Shown: piece after piece, positions 18,498 to 26,306 of the stretch | Layout: each line of letters starts with the position of its first letter | Position numbering within the stretch: position 1 is the first letter of the stretch | Assembly: GCA_958426775.1 (NCBI GenBank) | Contig: CATZZP010000001.1 | Location: 38,299-102,298 of the forward strand | Source of the DNA: an uncultured Bacillota bacterium | GTDB lineage: Bacteria > Bacillota > Clostridia > Lachnospirales > CAG-274 | Direction of reading: 5' to 3' | DNA: 64,000 nt | Notes under the pieces: model-generated | What the model was told of the DNA's origin: nothing | What the model saw: only the letters and a program-made list of their open reading frames with translations | Databases searched by the model: none | Translations under genes and position numbers: made by a program

Positions 18498-20795
18498 TTA
18501 CCTATTATCTTTATTGTTTTCATTTTTAATATGGTCCTTATAAAGCTTTTCAAAATCCTCATAAGGCATAGGCTTGGCAAAGTGATAACACTGCACAAGG
18601 TCACAGCCTGCCTCCTGAAGGAATTTAAGCTGGCTTTCATTTTCAACACCCTCTGCAACGGTACTGATATTAAGCTGATTAGCCATATCAATTATACTCT
18701 TTATAATCTGCCTTGCTTTAAGGTTGTTTTCCGTTTCAAGGAAGAACATTCTGTCAAGTTTAAGCACGTCAATATCAATATCCTTTAAGATGTTAAGAGA
18801 TGACTCACCTGAACCAAAGTCATCCATTGATACGGTAAAGCCTATCTGATGAATATGTTTTACTGCCTTTTCAAGCACATCACCTGAGCTTAAGGCGATG
18901 CTTTCCGTAATTTCAAGCTCAACATATTCAGCGGGTAAGTCATACTTATTTAAAATAACTTTCAGGTTGTCAATGTAGTTACTTTGGTAAAGGTGAAGTC
19001 TTGACTGGTTAACCGATATAGGTAAAGGTGTATAACCCTCGTCAAGTAACTTTTTTTGCATTCTGCAAACCTGATCGTATACATACATATCAACCTCGGT
19101 TATAAGACCTGTTTTTTCAAGCAGAGTGATAAATTTATTAGGTGTAAGAAAGCCCTTTGTTTTGTGCTGCCACCTTACAAGAGCCTCACCGCCTGCAAGC
19201 TTAAGAGTTTTTGCATCAAACTTAGGCTGGATATATACCAGGAAGTCCCCGTCCTTAAGTGCCTGCTGTGCATCGTTTTCAAGCTCTGCCTCAAAGTGCA
19301 TTTGTTGCTGAAGCCCCTCATTGTAAAAGGCATAGGCAGATATTCTCTTTTGCTGAATACCTGTAAGAGAAAGCTTAGCCTTATCAATATAGCTTTCCCA
19401 ATTGTCGGCACTTGGATTATCCTCCAGCTTGTAAATACCATAGTAGGTTACAATGTTATAGTTTGTATGGTTTTCATCAAAGTCGTAATTGCTTAACTGT
19501 TCAATTAAGCCGTTAACTCGGTTAATAATCTGTTGGTCATCTGTATACTTGACAAGCATTACAAAGTCATCACCGGATACTCTTGAGGCAATTTCGCCCT
19601 CGTTAAGGTTCTTGGCTATAATACTGCCTATATTTCTCAGTATGGCTGTACCTGTGTCATAGCCGAAAAGCTCATTTATGGTACGGAAATTGTCTATATC
19701 GCAAAAGATAATGGCGTAAGATGATTTATCTTCGGTAATCATCTGCCCTGCTTTAAGGGCAAAGCCGTTTTTACTGTAAAGCTCGGTTAAATCGTCAAAG
19801 TAAATTTGCTTGTAAAGCCTTTCTCTGTTTGAACGCTTTATGCTCTCTAAGTATTGCATAAAGGCAACTACACTTATTAAGGCAACTGCAAGCACCACAA
19901 GGCTTATAAATACTACTTGTACGGCGTTTTTCATAACATAAGTGCGTGGTACTGCAAGGAGCAGATACCAGTTTGCAGTGTTTATGGGGCTGTAAGTCAA
20001 ATAATAGCCTTTATTATCTTCGGTTTTAATCAATAGTGTACCCTTATCAGGCTTTTCATTAATAAGCTCGATTATTTTCTGAAGTGTTTCTTCGCTTATA
20101 TTAAGGTCCTTATAAGGGTTGTAGTTTTCTTCATCGGAATACTGACTGTCAATAACACGGTTCATATTGTTATCTACAATATAAGCAATACCGTTTCCTC
20201 CGAAATAGCTGTCCAGAATTGCTGTTTCAAGAGATGAGGAAAGGCAGACGCCCATATGAGTACCTACTATTACATTGTTGTTAAAAACAGGAAGTGCATA
20301 AATATTAACAGGTTGCCTTGTAACATAGTCTATTACAGTTGGTGATACGGTAATATTACCTTCTAAGGTATTTTTGAAATAGTCCTTATCGTGTATGTCT
20401 ATGTAGTTTACAACTCCGTCATTGCGTACGGTGTAGCCCTTACCCTCTCTGTTTGCATAGGAAACACGCATCATACTATGCCCGTTTAAGGCTAATTCAT
20501 CCTCTAAAAGGTCGATAATATGCTTAGCGTCAGAGCTTTGCACAGTGCTTAAATAGGGGGCATATGACTCCAGAGCGTAAATGTTGGTATCAAGTTTTTT
20601 ACTGATGTTACTTGCCCCTAATTCACATATTTCGCCTATGTAGGAGATTGCTTCGTTTATAAGAGTATTGTATGTGTATGAAACAAAGCCGATGCCTATA
20701 ATAAGCATGGCTGAAAGTATTCCTATAAGTGTAATAAGGGGTCTGAATTCAAATTTTTCCTGCTCAGAACTTTTTTTCAAATAGACCGCCCCCAA
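18498..20795 (-). CDS. Membrane sensor protein with extracytoplasmic Cache-like domain, degenerate GGDEF domain (SGDDF) and EAL phosphodiesterase domain
   Basis: 765 aa. TM helix near the N-terminus and a second after the periplasmic domain. GGDEF-domain region with ASRVSGDDFVML instead of RxGG(D/E)EF. EAL-domain motifs GGEALVRWQ, ELEITES, DDFGSGESSL, KLDRMF and EGVENESQ are intact. The start codon appears to be TTG at 20795 with a weak RBS, so the start is uncertain. Confidence 0.75.
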   Translation of the reverse strand: MGAVYLKKSSEQEKFEFRPLITLIGILSAMLIIGIGFVSYTYNTLINEAISYIGEICELGASNISKKLDTNIYALESYAPYLSTVQSSDAKHIIDLLEDELALNGHSMMRVSYANREGKGYTVRNDGVVNYIDIHDKDYFKNTLEGNITVSPTVIDYVTRQPVNIYALPVFNNNVIVGTHMGVCLSSSLETAILDSYFGGNGIAYIVDNNMNRVIDSQYSDEENYNPYKDLNISEETLQKIIELINEKPDKGTLLIKTEDNKGYYLTYSPINTANWYLLLAVPRTYVMKNAVQVVFISLVVLAVALISVVAFMQYLESIKRSNRERLYKQIYFDDLTELYSKNGFALKAGQMITEDKSSYAIIFCDIDNFRTINELFGYDTGTAILRNIGSIIAKNLNEGEIASRVSGDDFVMLVKYTDDQQIINRVNGLIEQLSNYDFDENHTNYNIVTYYGIYKLEDNPSADNWESYIDKAKLSLTGIQQKRISAYAFYNEGLQQQMHFEAELENDAQQALKDGDFLVYIQPKFDAKTLKLAGGEALVRWQHKTKGFLTPNKFITLLEKTGLITEVDMYVYDQVCRMQKKLLDEGYTPLPISVNQSRLHLYQSNYIDNLKVILNKYDLPAEYVELEITESIALSSGDVLEKAVKHIHQIGFTVSMDDFGSGESSLNILKDIDIDVLKLDRMFFLETENNLKARQIIKSIIDMANQLNISTVAEGVENESQLKFLQEAGCDLVQCYHFAKPMPYEDFEKLYKDHIKNENNKDNR

Positions 20796-21026
20796 TTTTG
20801 TTTGATTTGCTTTTAATACATTAATATAAATTAATTATACACTTATATACACTTAAATTCAATAAAAAATCTGTGATTGCACAAACAAAGATTATACAAA
20901 ATTTAAGGGAAAAAATTATGCAATGTATAACATAATTGCAATGGTGTGTATAATAATCAAATTATACACACCTTCCGTAAAAGCAAAAAAGCAACCGCTT
21001 ATGCGATTGCCTTTGATGCTATATAA

Positions 21027-21276
21027 ATATCCGGTAGGGGAGGATATTATATTCTCCGAGGGAAAAACCCTCGGCTGTCAAATAAATATGTTAATATCCA
21101 ATAGGGGGGAGGGATATTACATGCGTGGCGGAGCAACGGGCCCCGCCGTAAAAGTAAATACGTCAATATCCAATAGGGGGGAGGATATTATATGAATTGA
21201 AGCTCGGGGTAAGCTTCAATTTAGGATAAATAAATATGTAAATTAGAAATTATATCCAATAGGGGGGGAGGATATT
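21027..21276. repeat. Array of 4 copies of a palindromic G-rich repeat (AATATCC-AATAGGGGGGA-GGATATT) separated by unique GC-rich hairpin spacers
   Basis: Copies at 21027-21048 (degenerate), 21093-21118, 21165-21189 and 21252-21276. Each is preceded by AAATAAATATGT / AAAGTAAATACGT. The spacers contain perfect hairpins of different sequence (CCGAGGG..CCCTCGG; GGCGG..CCGCC; TTGAAGCT..AGCTTCAA). Confidence 0.6.
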
Positions 21277-21562
21277 TTATAAACCAAAAAAACTCAATTT
21301 AAACCGTTAGTCCAAACTGAGTTACGCAAAATTAAATATTTAGGTAACCCAGCTGTCTTAGCTAATGCCTTAGACCTGAGGCTTTGCGTCCTTGCCTTTC
21401 AACAAGTTTGCCTTTTTCACATATTTATTTATTCGTTTTTATAGGAGTTCAACTCCTATGTGAGTATAGTACCACAGTAAAAGATAAAATGCAAGAGTTT
21501 TTTTTGTAAAAAAATCGATTTTACAATTTGTTCATAATTTGCAACAAATAATGAAAAAATGA

Positions 21563-21856
21563 TTAAGAAATCTTTTTTAAAGGGTAGTAATTATTGTTTC
21601 TTTTTCTGCAGGCTTTAAGCACTATAACGTTATTTCTTGTTTCGGGTACTCTTACTGCCTTTGGGGTTATTTCCTCGGGGGTAAAGGCAAGGGCTAAAAC
21701 AGCACCTACAGCTATAGCTAAAAAAGGGAGTGTAGTTGCGTATATAACCGTCATACTTTCGGCAAAAAACCAATTTAATATATAGCTTGCCGTAAAAAGC
21801 AGGATTGAAACAGCAGTGACTGCAAGATATATTTTAATTAAGCGATTGTTATTCAT
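21563..21856 (-). CDS. Small membrane protein (97 aa, 2 predicted TM helices), hypothetical
   Basis: ORF with two hydrophobic helices (LAVTAVSILLFTASYIL; TLPFLAIAVGAVLALAF). No homology recognised. Confidence 0.35.
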   Translation of the reverse strand: MNNNRLIKIYLAVTAVSILLFTASYILNWFFAESMTVIYATTLPFLAIAVGAVLALAFTPEEITPKAVRVPETRNNVIVLKACRKRNNNYYPLKKIS

Positions 21857-22143
21857 AAATTAGCCTCCTTCTGCGAACATCTGTTCAACTTTTGTTTGTA
21901 TTATATCCAAATGTTGGCACAATGTCAAGATAAAATAGAACATTTTATCGAAAAACAATATAACTGTAACATTTGTCCTAAAAAACTTGTTTTATCTACC
22001 CCTTTATTATAGATTAATAAAAGTACCAAAAAACGGATTTGGTTAAATTTTTTTATAAATATATTGCTTTGACTGCTATTGACAAAATTTCAGCTATAGG
22101 ATATATTTTTATTATAATTTGTTTAAGGAAAGGTGATATAAAA

Positions 22144-22782
22144 ATGAAAATTGCTTTAATTAATGAAAACAGTCAGGCGGCTAAGAATGAAATGATTTGC
22201 AATACACTTAAGTCAGTAGTTGAGCCTATGGGTCATGAGGTTCATAACTACGGTATGTATTCTGCCGAGGATGAGGCACAGCTTACTTATGTACAGGCAG
22301 GCTTGCTTGCGGCTATTCTCCTTAACAGCGGTGCAGCTGACTTTGTTGTAACAGGCTGTGGTACAGGTGAGGGTGCAATGCTTGCGCTTAATTCATTCCC
22401 TAACGTGCTTTGCGGTCATATTGTAGATGTGTCAGACGGATATATGTTTGCACAGATTAACAACGGCAATGCTGTAGCTTTTCCGTTTGCTAAGGGCTTT
22501 GGATGGGGTGCTGAGCTTAATTTACAGTATACTTTTGAAAAGCTTTTCGGCTGTGAGCCGGGTCAGGGCTACCCAAGAGAAAGAGCAGTACCTGAGCAGA
22601 GAAATAAGAAAATTCTTGACGAGGTTAAGAAGGTTACTCATACAGATATGATGACAATTTTAAAGAACATTGACCAGGACTTCTTAAAGGAAACCGTAGC
22701 AGGGGCTAAGTTTGGTGAATTATTCTTTGCAAACTGCAAGAATGAAGAAATTGCTTCCTATATTAAGGGTATTTTAGGCTGA
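22144..22782 (+). CDS. RpiB/LacA/LacB-family sugar-phosphate isomerase-like protein with C-terminal extension
   Basis: 212 aa from ATG 22144 (RBS AAGGAAAGGTG). MKIALINEN...GHEV..YG and the VVTGCGTGEGAML segment align with the RpiB pattern MKIAIGSDH...CGTGIGMSIAANK. The ORF-track start 22039 is an unlikely upstream extension. Confidence 0.45.
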   Translation: MKIALINENSQAAKNEMICNTLKSVVEPMGHEVHNYGMYSAEDEAQLTYVQAGLLAAILLNSGAADFVVTGCGTGEGAMLALNSFPNVLCGHIVDVSDGYMFAQINNGNAVAFPFAKGFGWGAELNLQYTFEKLFGCEPGQGYPRERAVPEQRNKKILDEVKKVTHTDMMTILKNIDQDFLKETVAGAKFGELFFANCKNEEIASYIKGILG

Positions 22783-22842
22783 TAAGCTTAATTTATTTTA
22801 TTTGTTAAAATAGACCAATCTATTACAGCTGCTAAAAAATAT

Positions 22843-22875
22843 GCCCTCCTGCATTAAACCGCAGGAGGGCTTTAA
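22843..22875. terminator. Bidirectional terminator hairpin
   Basis: GCCCTCCTGC-ATTAAACC-GCAGGAGGGC followed by TTT. Lies between the convergent RpiB-like (+) and DUF1292 (-) genes. Confidence 0.6.
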
Positions 22876-22876
22876 A

Positions 22877-23149
22877 TTACTCAAAATCAAAATCCTCTTT
22901 ATTCTTTTCCTTAAATATATTAAATACTGCATCAAGTATTTCCTCGGACTCAACAGGGATATAGGCGTCCTCCTCTTCATTTAAGTCCTCAACCCTCAGT
23001 ATTTCAACAGTGTCGCAATTATCATCACCCTCAGGGTAAAGCACCACATACTCACAGCCCTCATACTCTATTAAGTCAAGAAAGCTGTAGGCTTCCTCGT
23101 TGCCCTCATCGTCTGTAAGGTAAATTAAATCATCTCTTTCTTCGTTCAT
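22877..23149 (-). CDS. DUF1292-family small acidic protein
   Basis: 90 aa, highly acidic. Pattern LTDDEGNEEAYSFLDLIEYEGCEYVVL resembles DUF1292 proteins common in Firmicutes. Confidence 0.6.
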   Translation of the reverse strand: MNEERDDLIYLTDDEGNEEAYSFLDLIEYEGCEYVVLYPEGDDNCDTVEILRVEDLNEEEDAYIPVESEEILDAVFNIFKEKNKEDFDFE

Positions 23150-23174
23150 ATAAGCCTCCTAAGTAAAATTTGCT

Positions 23175-23284
23175 TGCAATCAAGCCTATGTTATGTTATT
23201 ATGATAAAAATAATAGCATATATTTTAATTTGTGTCAAATTTAACCTAAAAGGTGTTGACAAGAGATATAGGTTATGTTATTAT
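23175..23284 (+). promoter_or_regulatory. Tandem duplicated promoters (P1 TTGCAA-17-TATTAT; P2 TTGACA-17-TATTAT) for the rpmG-secE-nusG-rplK-rplA cluster
   Basis: The 22-nt block TATGTTATGTTATTATGATAAA occurs twice (about 23188 and 23270). Each copy provides a -10 TATTAT that is 17 nt from a -35-like hexamer (23175-23180 and 23256-23261). Confidence 0.45.
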
Positions 23285-23398
23285 GATAAAGACGCATGTC
23301 GTCTTTTTTTTGTGTGCAACATCTCACGAAAAAACACAATTAATTGATACTGCGTCGGCGTTTTTTGTTAAAGAGTTAATAAAAGAGAGGTGGAAGTC

Positions 23399-23548
23399 TT
23401 GAGAACAAGAATTACATTGGCATGTACTGATTGTAAGCAGAGAAATTACGATACCATGAAGGACAAGAAGGTACATCCTGAAAGAATGGAAACCAAAAAG
23501 TACTGCAAATTCTGCGGTAAGCACACATTACACAGAGAAACAAAGTAA
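23399..23548 (+). CDS. rpmG: 50S ribosomal protein L33
   Basis: Not in the ORF track (49 aa, TTG start). Translation [49 protein letters not shown] matches the L33 pattern with a C4 zinc ribbon. SD GAGAGGTGG lies upstream of the TTG at 23399. Confidence 0.8.
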   Translation: MRTRITLACTDCKQRNYDTMKDKKVHPERMETKKYCKFCGKHTLHRETK

Positions 23549-23577
23549 TTCTCAACACCTTTTGAGAAAGGGGCGTA

Positions 23578-23850
23578 ATGAAATTGGAAGAAAACAAAAA
23601 CACTATTGCTTCAGAGCCTGAAAAGAAAAAGGACAACAAAAAGGCGGAAGACAAAAAGAAATTTTCGTTAAGCGACTGGTTTGCTGCACACAAGGCTGAG
23701 TATAAAAAGATTACATGGCCTACAAAGCAGGAGGTTGCCAAGGAAACTGTTATAGTGCTTGTAATGTGCTTTGTATTAGGTGCAATTATATTTGGTCTTG
23801 ATACAGGCATTAACTACGGTTACGATGCACTTATAGGGTTAGTCGGTTAA
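23578..23850 (+). CDS. secE: Preprotein translocase subunit SecE
   Basis: 90 aa; a basic N-terminal tail then a single TM helix (ETVIVLVMCFVLGAIIFGLD); position between rpmG and nusG is conserved. Confidence 0.8.
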   Translation: MKLEENKNTIASEPEKKKDNKKAEDKKKFSLSDWFAAHKAEYKKITWPTKQEVAKETVIVLVMCFVLGAIIFGLDTGINYGYDALIGLVG

Positions 23851-23876
23851 TTCTTTTTGTAAATGAGGTCGATTGT

Positions 23877-24407
23877 ATGTCTGAACAGGAAAATCAAGTG
23901 AGATGGTATGTTGTACATACCTACTCAGGTTATGAAAACAAGGTAAAGGCCGACATTGAAAAGCTTGTTGCAAACCGTGGTATGCAGGACGTAATTCAAG
24001 AGGTAGCAGTACCTGTTGAGGATGAGGTTGAGTACAAGAACGGTCAGAAAAAGGTTGTACAGAGAAAGGTTTTTCCCGGCTATGTACTGCTTAAAATGAT
24101 TATGAATGACGATACCTGGTATGTTGTGCGTAACACAAGAGGTGTTACAAGCTTTGTAGGTCCCGGTTCAAAGCCTGTTCCTCTCACTGATGAAGAGGTT
24201 ATGGCTATGGGCATTGAAACTATTTCCGTTGCCGATCTGGATATAGAAGAGGGTGACAGCGTACTTGTTACAAGCGGTCCTTTTGCTGATTCTGTCGGCG
24301 TTGTAAAGGAAATTAACATGAATAAGAAAACAGTTACTGTTATGTTATCCATGTTTGGGCGTGAAACCCCGATGGAGCTTGGTTTTAACCAGGTTAAAGG
24401 TATGTAA
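23877..24407 (+). CDS. nusG: Transcription termination/antitermination factor NusG
   Basis: 176 aa; NGN domain (RWYVVHTYSGYENKV) and C-terminal KOW motif (GDSVLVTSGPFADSVGVV). Confidence 0.9.
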   Translation: MSEQENQVRWYVVHTYSGYENKVKADIEKLVANRGMQDVIQEVAVPVEDEVEYKNGQKKVVQRKVFPGYVLLKMIMNDDTWYVVRNTRGVTSFVGPGSKPVPLTDEEVMAMGIETISVADLDIEEGDSVLVTSGPFADSVGVVKEINMNKKTVTVMLSMFGRETPMELGFNQVKGM

Positions 24408-24454
24408 GCTTTGGCTTACAAAAATAGTACATTATGTACTTTGTGAACTGATAT

Positions 24455-24506
24455 GATGGAAAGCTTAGCTTTCCGTGGGAGGGAAAATCCCGCTAATTAC
24501 CACATT
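24455..24506 (+). promoter_or_regulatory. L1-binding-site-like structured leader upstream of rplK
   Basis: Hairpin GGAAAGC-TTA-GCTTTCC followed by GTGGGAGGGAAAATCCCGCTAATTACCACAT. A near-identical motif recurs upstream of rplA. Confidence 0.45.
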
Positions 24507-24525
24507 ATAGGAGGTGCCTTTTAAA

Positions 24526-24951
24526 ATGGCAAAGAAAGTACAAGGTTATATTAAGTTACAGATTGCTGCAGGTAAGGCTACACCTGCACCACCTGTTGGT
24601 CCTGCTTTAGGTCAGCATGGTGTAAACATTATGGGCTTCTGTAAGGAGTTCAACGAAAGAACTGCTAAGGATGCAGGTCTTATTATCCCTGTTGTAATCA
24701 CTGTATATCAGGATAAGAGTTTTACATTTATCACTAAGACTCCTCCTGCTGCTGTTCTTCTTAAGAAGGCTTGCAAGATTGAGTCAGGTTCAGGTACACC
24801 TAACAAGACTAAGGTTGCTAAGATTTCAAAGGCTGACGTTGCTAAGATTGCTGAGCAGAAGATGCCTGACCTTAACGCTGCTTCTCTTGATGCTGCTATC
24901 AGTATGATCAGCGGCACAGCAAGAAGTATGGGTATTGTTGTTGAGGACTAA
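24526..24951 (+). CDS. rplK: 50S ribosomal protein L11
   Basis: [36 protein letters not shown]... matches the L11 N-terminus. Start at ATG 24526 (10 nt after GGAGGTG); the track's GTG at 24514 sits inside the SD. Confidence 0.9.
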   Translation: MAKKVQGYIKLQIAAGKATPAPPVGPALGQHGVNIMGFCKEFNERTAKDAGLIIPVVITVYQDKSFTFITKTPPAAVLLKKACKIESGSGTPNKTKVAKISKADVAKIAEQKMPDLNAASLDAAISMISGTARSMGIVVED

Positions 24952-24988
24952 TTTTAACTGTTATTGCTTAAATCTTTTAAGCTATTAA

Positions 24989-25022
24989 GTGGGAGGGACA
25001 ATTCTCCCGATATTACCACATA
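24989..25022 (+). promoter_or_regulatory. Second copy of L1-binding-site-like motif, immediately upstream of rplA
   Basis: GTGGGAGGGACAATTCTCCCGATATTACCACAT at 24989-25021. It shares the outer GTGG/CCAC helix, the inner GGGAG/CTCCC hairpin and the ATTACCAC segment with the rplK-leader copy. Confidence 0.45.
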
Positions 25023-25035
25023 AGGAGGAACTATT

Positions 25036-25731
25036 TTGAAAAGAGGAAAGAAATATCTCGAAAAGGCTAAGCTCGTAGACAGAGCTACATTATACGATAT
25101 GGATGCTGCTTGTGCATTAATTCCACAGGTTGCTTCCGCTAAGTTTGACGAAACAGTTGAGGCTCATATCCGCCTCGGTGTTGACAGCCGTCATGCAGAC
25201 CAGCAGGTTAGAGGTGCTGTTGTCCTGCCTCATGGTACAGGTAAGACTGTACGTGTACTTGTTATCGCTAAGGGCGATAAGGCTGATGAGGCTGTTAAAG
25301 CAGGTGCTGATTACGTTGGTGCAGAGGATATGATTGCAAAAATCCAGGGTGAAAACTGGTTTGATTTTGACGTTGTAGTAGCTACACCTGATATGATGGG
25401 TCTTGTAGGTCGTATCGGTCGTGTACTGGGTCCTAAGGGTCTTATGCCAAACCCTAAGGCAGGTACTGTTACTATGAATGTTACACAGGCTATTGAGGAC
25501 ATTAAGGCAGGTAAGATTGAGTACCGTCTTGACAAGACAAACATTATCCATGTTCCAATCGGTAAGGTTTCCTTCGGTCCTGAAAAGCTTCAAGAAAACT
25601 TCCAGACTCTTATGAGCGCTATTGTTAAGGCTAAGCCTTCAGCTGCTAAGGGTACCTATCTTAAGAGTGTTGTTCTTACAACAACTATGGGTCCAAGCGT
25701 TAAGGTTAATGCTGCTAAAATTAGCGAATAA
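25036..25731 (+). CDS. rplA: 50S ribosomal protein L1
   Basis: 231 aa; [20 protein letters not shown]... matches L1. TTG start 7 nt after AAGGAGG. Confidence 0.9.
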   Translation: MKRGKKYLEKAKLVDRATLYDMDAACALIPQVASAKFDETVEAHIRLGVDSRHADQQVRGAVVLPHGTGKTVRVLVIAKGDKADEAVKAGADYVGAEDMIAKIQGENWFDFDVVVATPDMMGLVGRIGRVLGPKGLMPNPKAGTVTMNVTQAIEDIKAGKIEYRLDKTNIIHVPIGKVSFGPEKLQENFQTLMSAIVKAKPSAAKGTYLKSVVLTTTMGPSVKVNAAKISE

Positions 25732-25740
25732 TAAATACGC

Positions 25741-25772
25741 AAAAAGCACCCCCGAAAAGGGTGCTTTTTTAT
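25741..25772 (+). terminator. Rho-independent terminator after rplA
   Basis: AGCACCC-CCGAAAA-GGGTGCT followed by TTTTTTATT. Confidence 0.7.
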
Positions 25773-25847
25773 TGATTACGAGGAGAAAATCTCCAACGGA
25801 GTGATGTATAATCAATTACAGAACAGAGATTTAATCCACATTGCTTT

Positions 25848-26123
25848 TTAAATCAAGGAGGACATAAACATTTCATAGGCGTCTGCCCAATCATCTATAG
25901 GGTAGGTGGCGCCGCCGTTAGTGCTTTTAAGGAGATTGTCACAAAGGGTTTGATTTAAGGTAAACATTTCTCCTACCGAAATGGGACAGCCGTTTTCGGT
26001 TGCTATCTGGCAGAATTTATCCATAGGGTCAGAGGCTGTCCTTGTAGCAAGAAGCTCTTTTTTAAGTCGGGGGTTATCAAGGGCAAGCTTTAAAAGCTTG
26101 TTAAGTGAGTCGTTTATATCCAT
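25848..26123 (-). CDS. Nif11-like domain small protein with Gly-Gly motif and 20-aa C-terminal tail (possible bacteriocin/RiPP-precursor-like peptide)
   Basis: Start at ATG 26123 (MDINDSL...), 7 nt after AAAGGAGAA on the - strand; the track's 26147 start lacks an SD. The segment DNPRLKKELLATRTASDPMDKFCQIATENGCPISVGEM fits the Nif11 pattern (..DPELQEKL..A.SPEEVVAIAKEAGF.IT.EEL). It is followed by ...LLKSTNGG | ATYPIDDWADAYEMFMSSLI. Confidence 0.45.
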   Translation of the reverse strand: MDINDSLNKLLKLALDNPRLKKELLATRTASDPMDKFCQIATENGCPISVGEMFTLNQTLCDNLLKSTNGGATYPIDDWADAYEMFMSSLI

Positions 26124-26190
26124 AAGGGTATTCTCCTTTCGGTACAATATTTTTTACTATTATACTGCTTAATTTAAGGCAAAATAAGCC

Positions 26191-26219
26191 TTGACTTAAT
26201 TAAAAGTATGTGATATAAT
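26191..26219 (+). promoter_or_regulatory. Promoter of rpsF-ssb-rpsR operon (TTGACT-17-TATAAT)
   Basis: TTGACT at 26191-26196, 17-nt spacer, TATAAT at 26214-26219. A CCTTGCTCTTGC-AAAA-GCAAGGGCC hairpin lies in the 5' UTR (about 26259-26283). Confidence 0.55.
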
Positions 26220-26306
26220 CTTTAATTGTGTGACGGATGTTACACGGTAAATTATCCTTGCTCTTGCAAAAGCAAGGGCCAAAGTCCAGAAGGAGGTGTA
26301 AATTCA

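Noticed and set aside
20923-21195. ORF-track CDS (90 aa) spanning the repeat array
   Set aside because: The reading frame runs through the palindromic repeats, has no SD and encodes a low-complexity product (repeated ISNRGE). It is an artefact of the repeats.
21027-21276. Possible orphan CRISPR array (4 repeats, 26-33 bp spacers)
   Set aside because: The repeat copies are only about 85-90% identical, with variable G-run length and indels. Every spacer is itself a perfect GC-rich hairpin, which is not expected for phage-derived spacers. No cas genes or leader lie within the window. It is better described as a structured repeat or ncRNA-like array.
24514-24525. ORF-track start of rplK at GTG 24514 (MPFKMAKK...)
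   Set aside because: The GTG lies inside the GGAGGTG Shine-Dalgarno. ATG 24526 gives the canonical MAKKV L11 N-terminus with 10-nt spacing.
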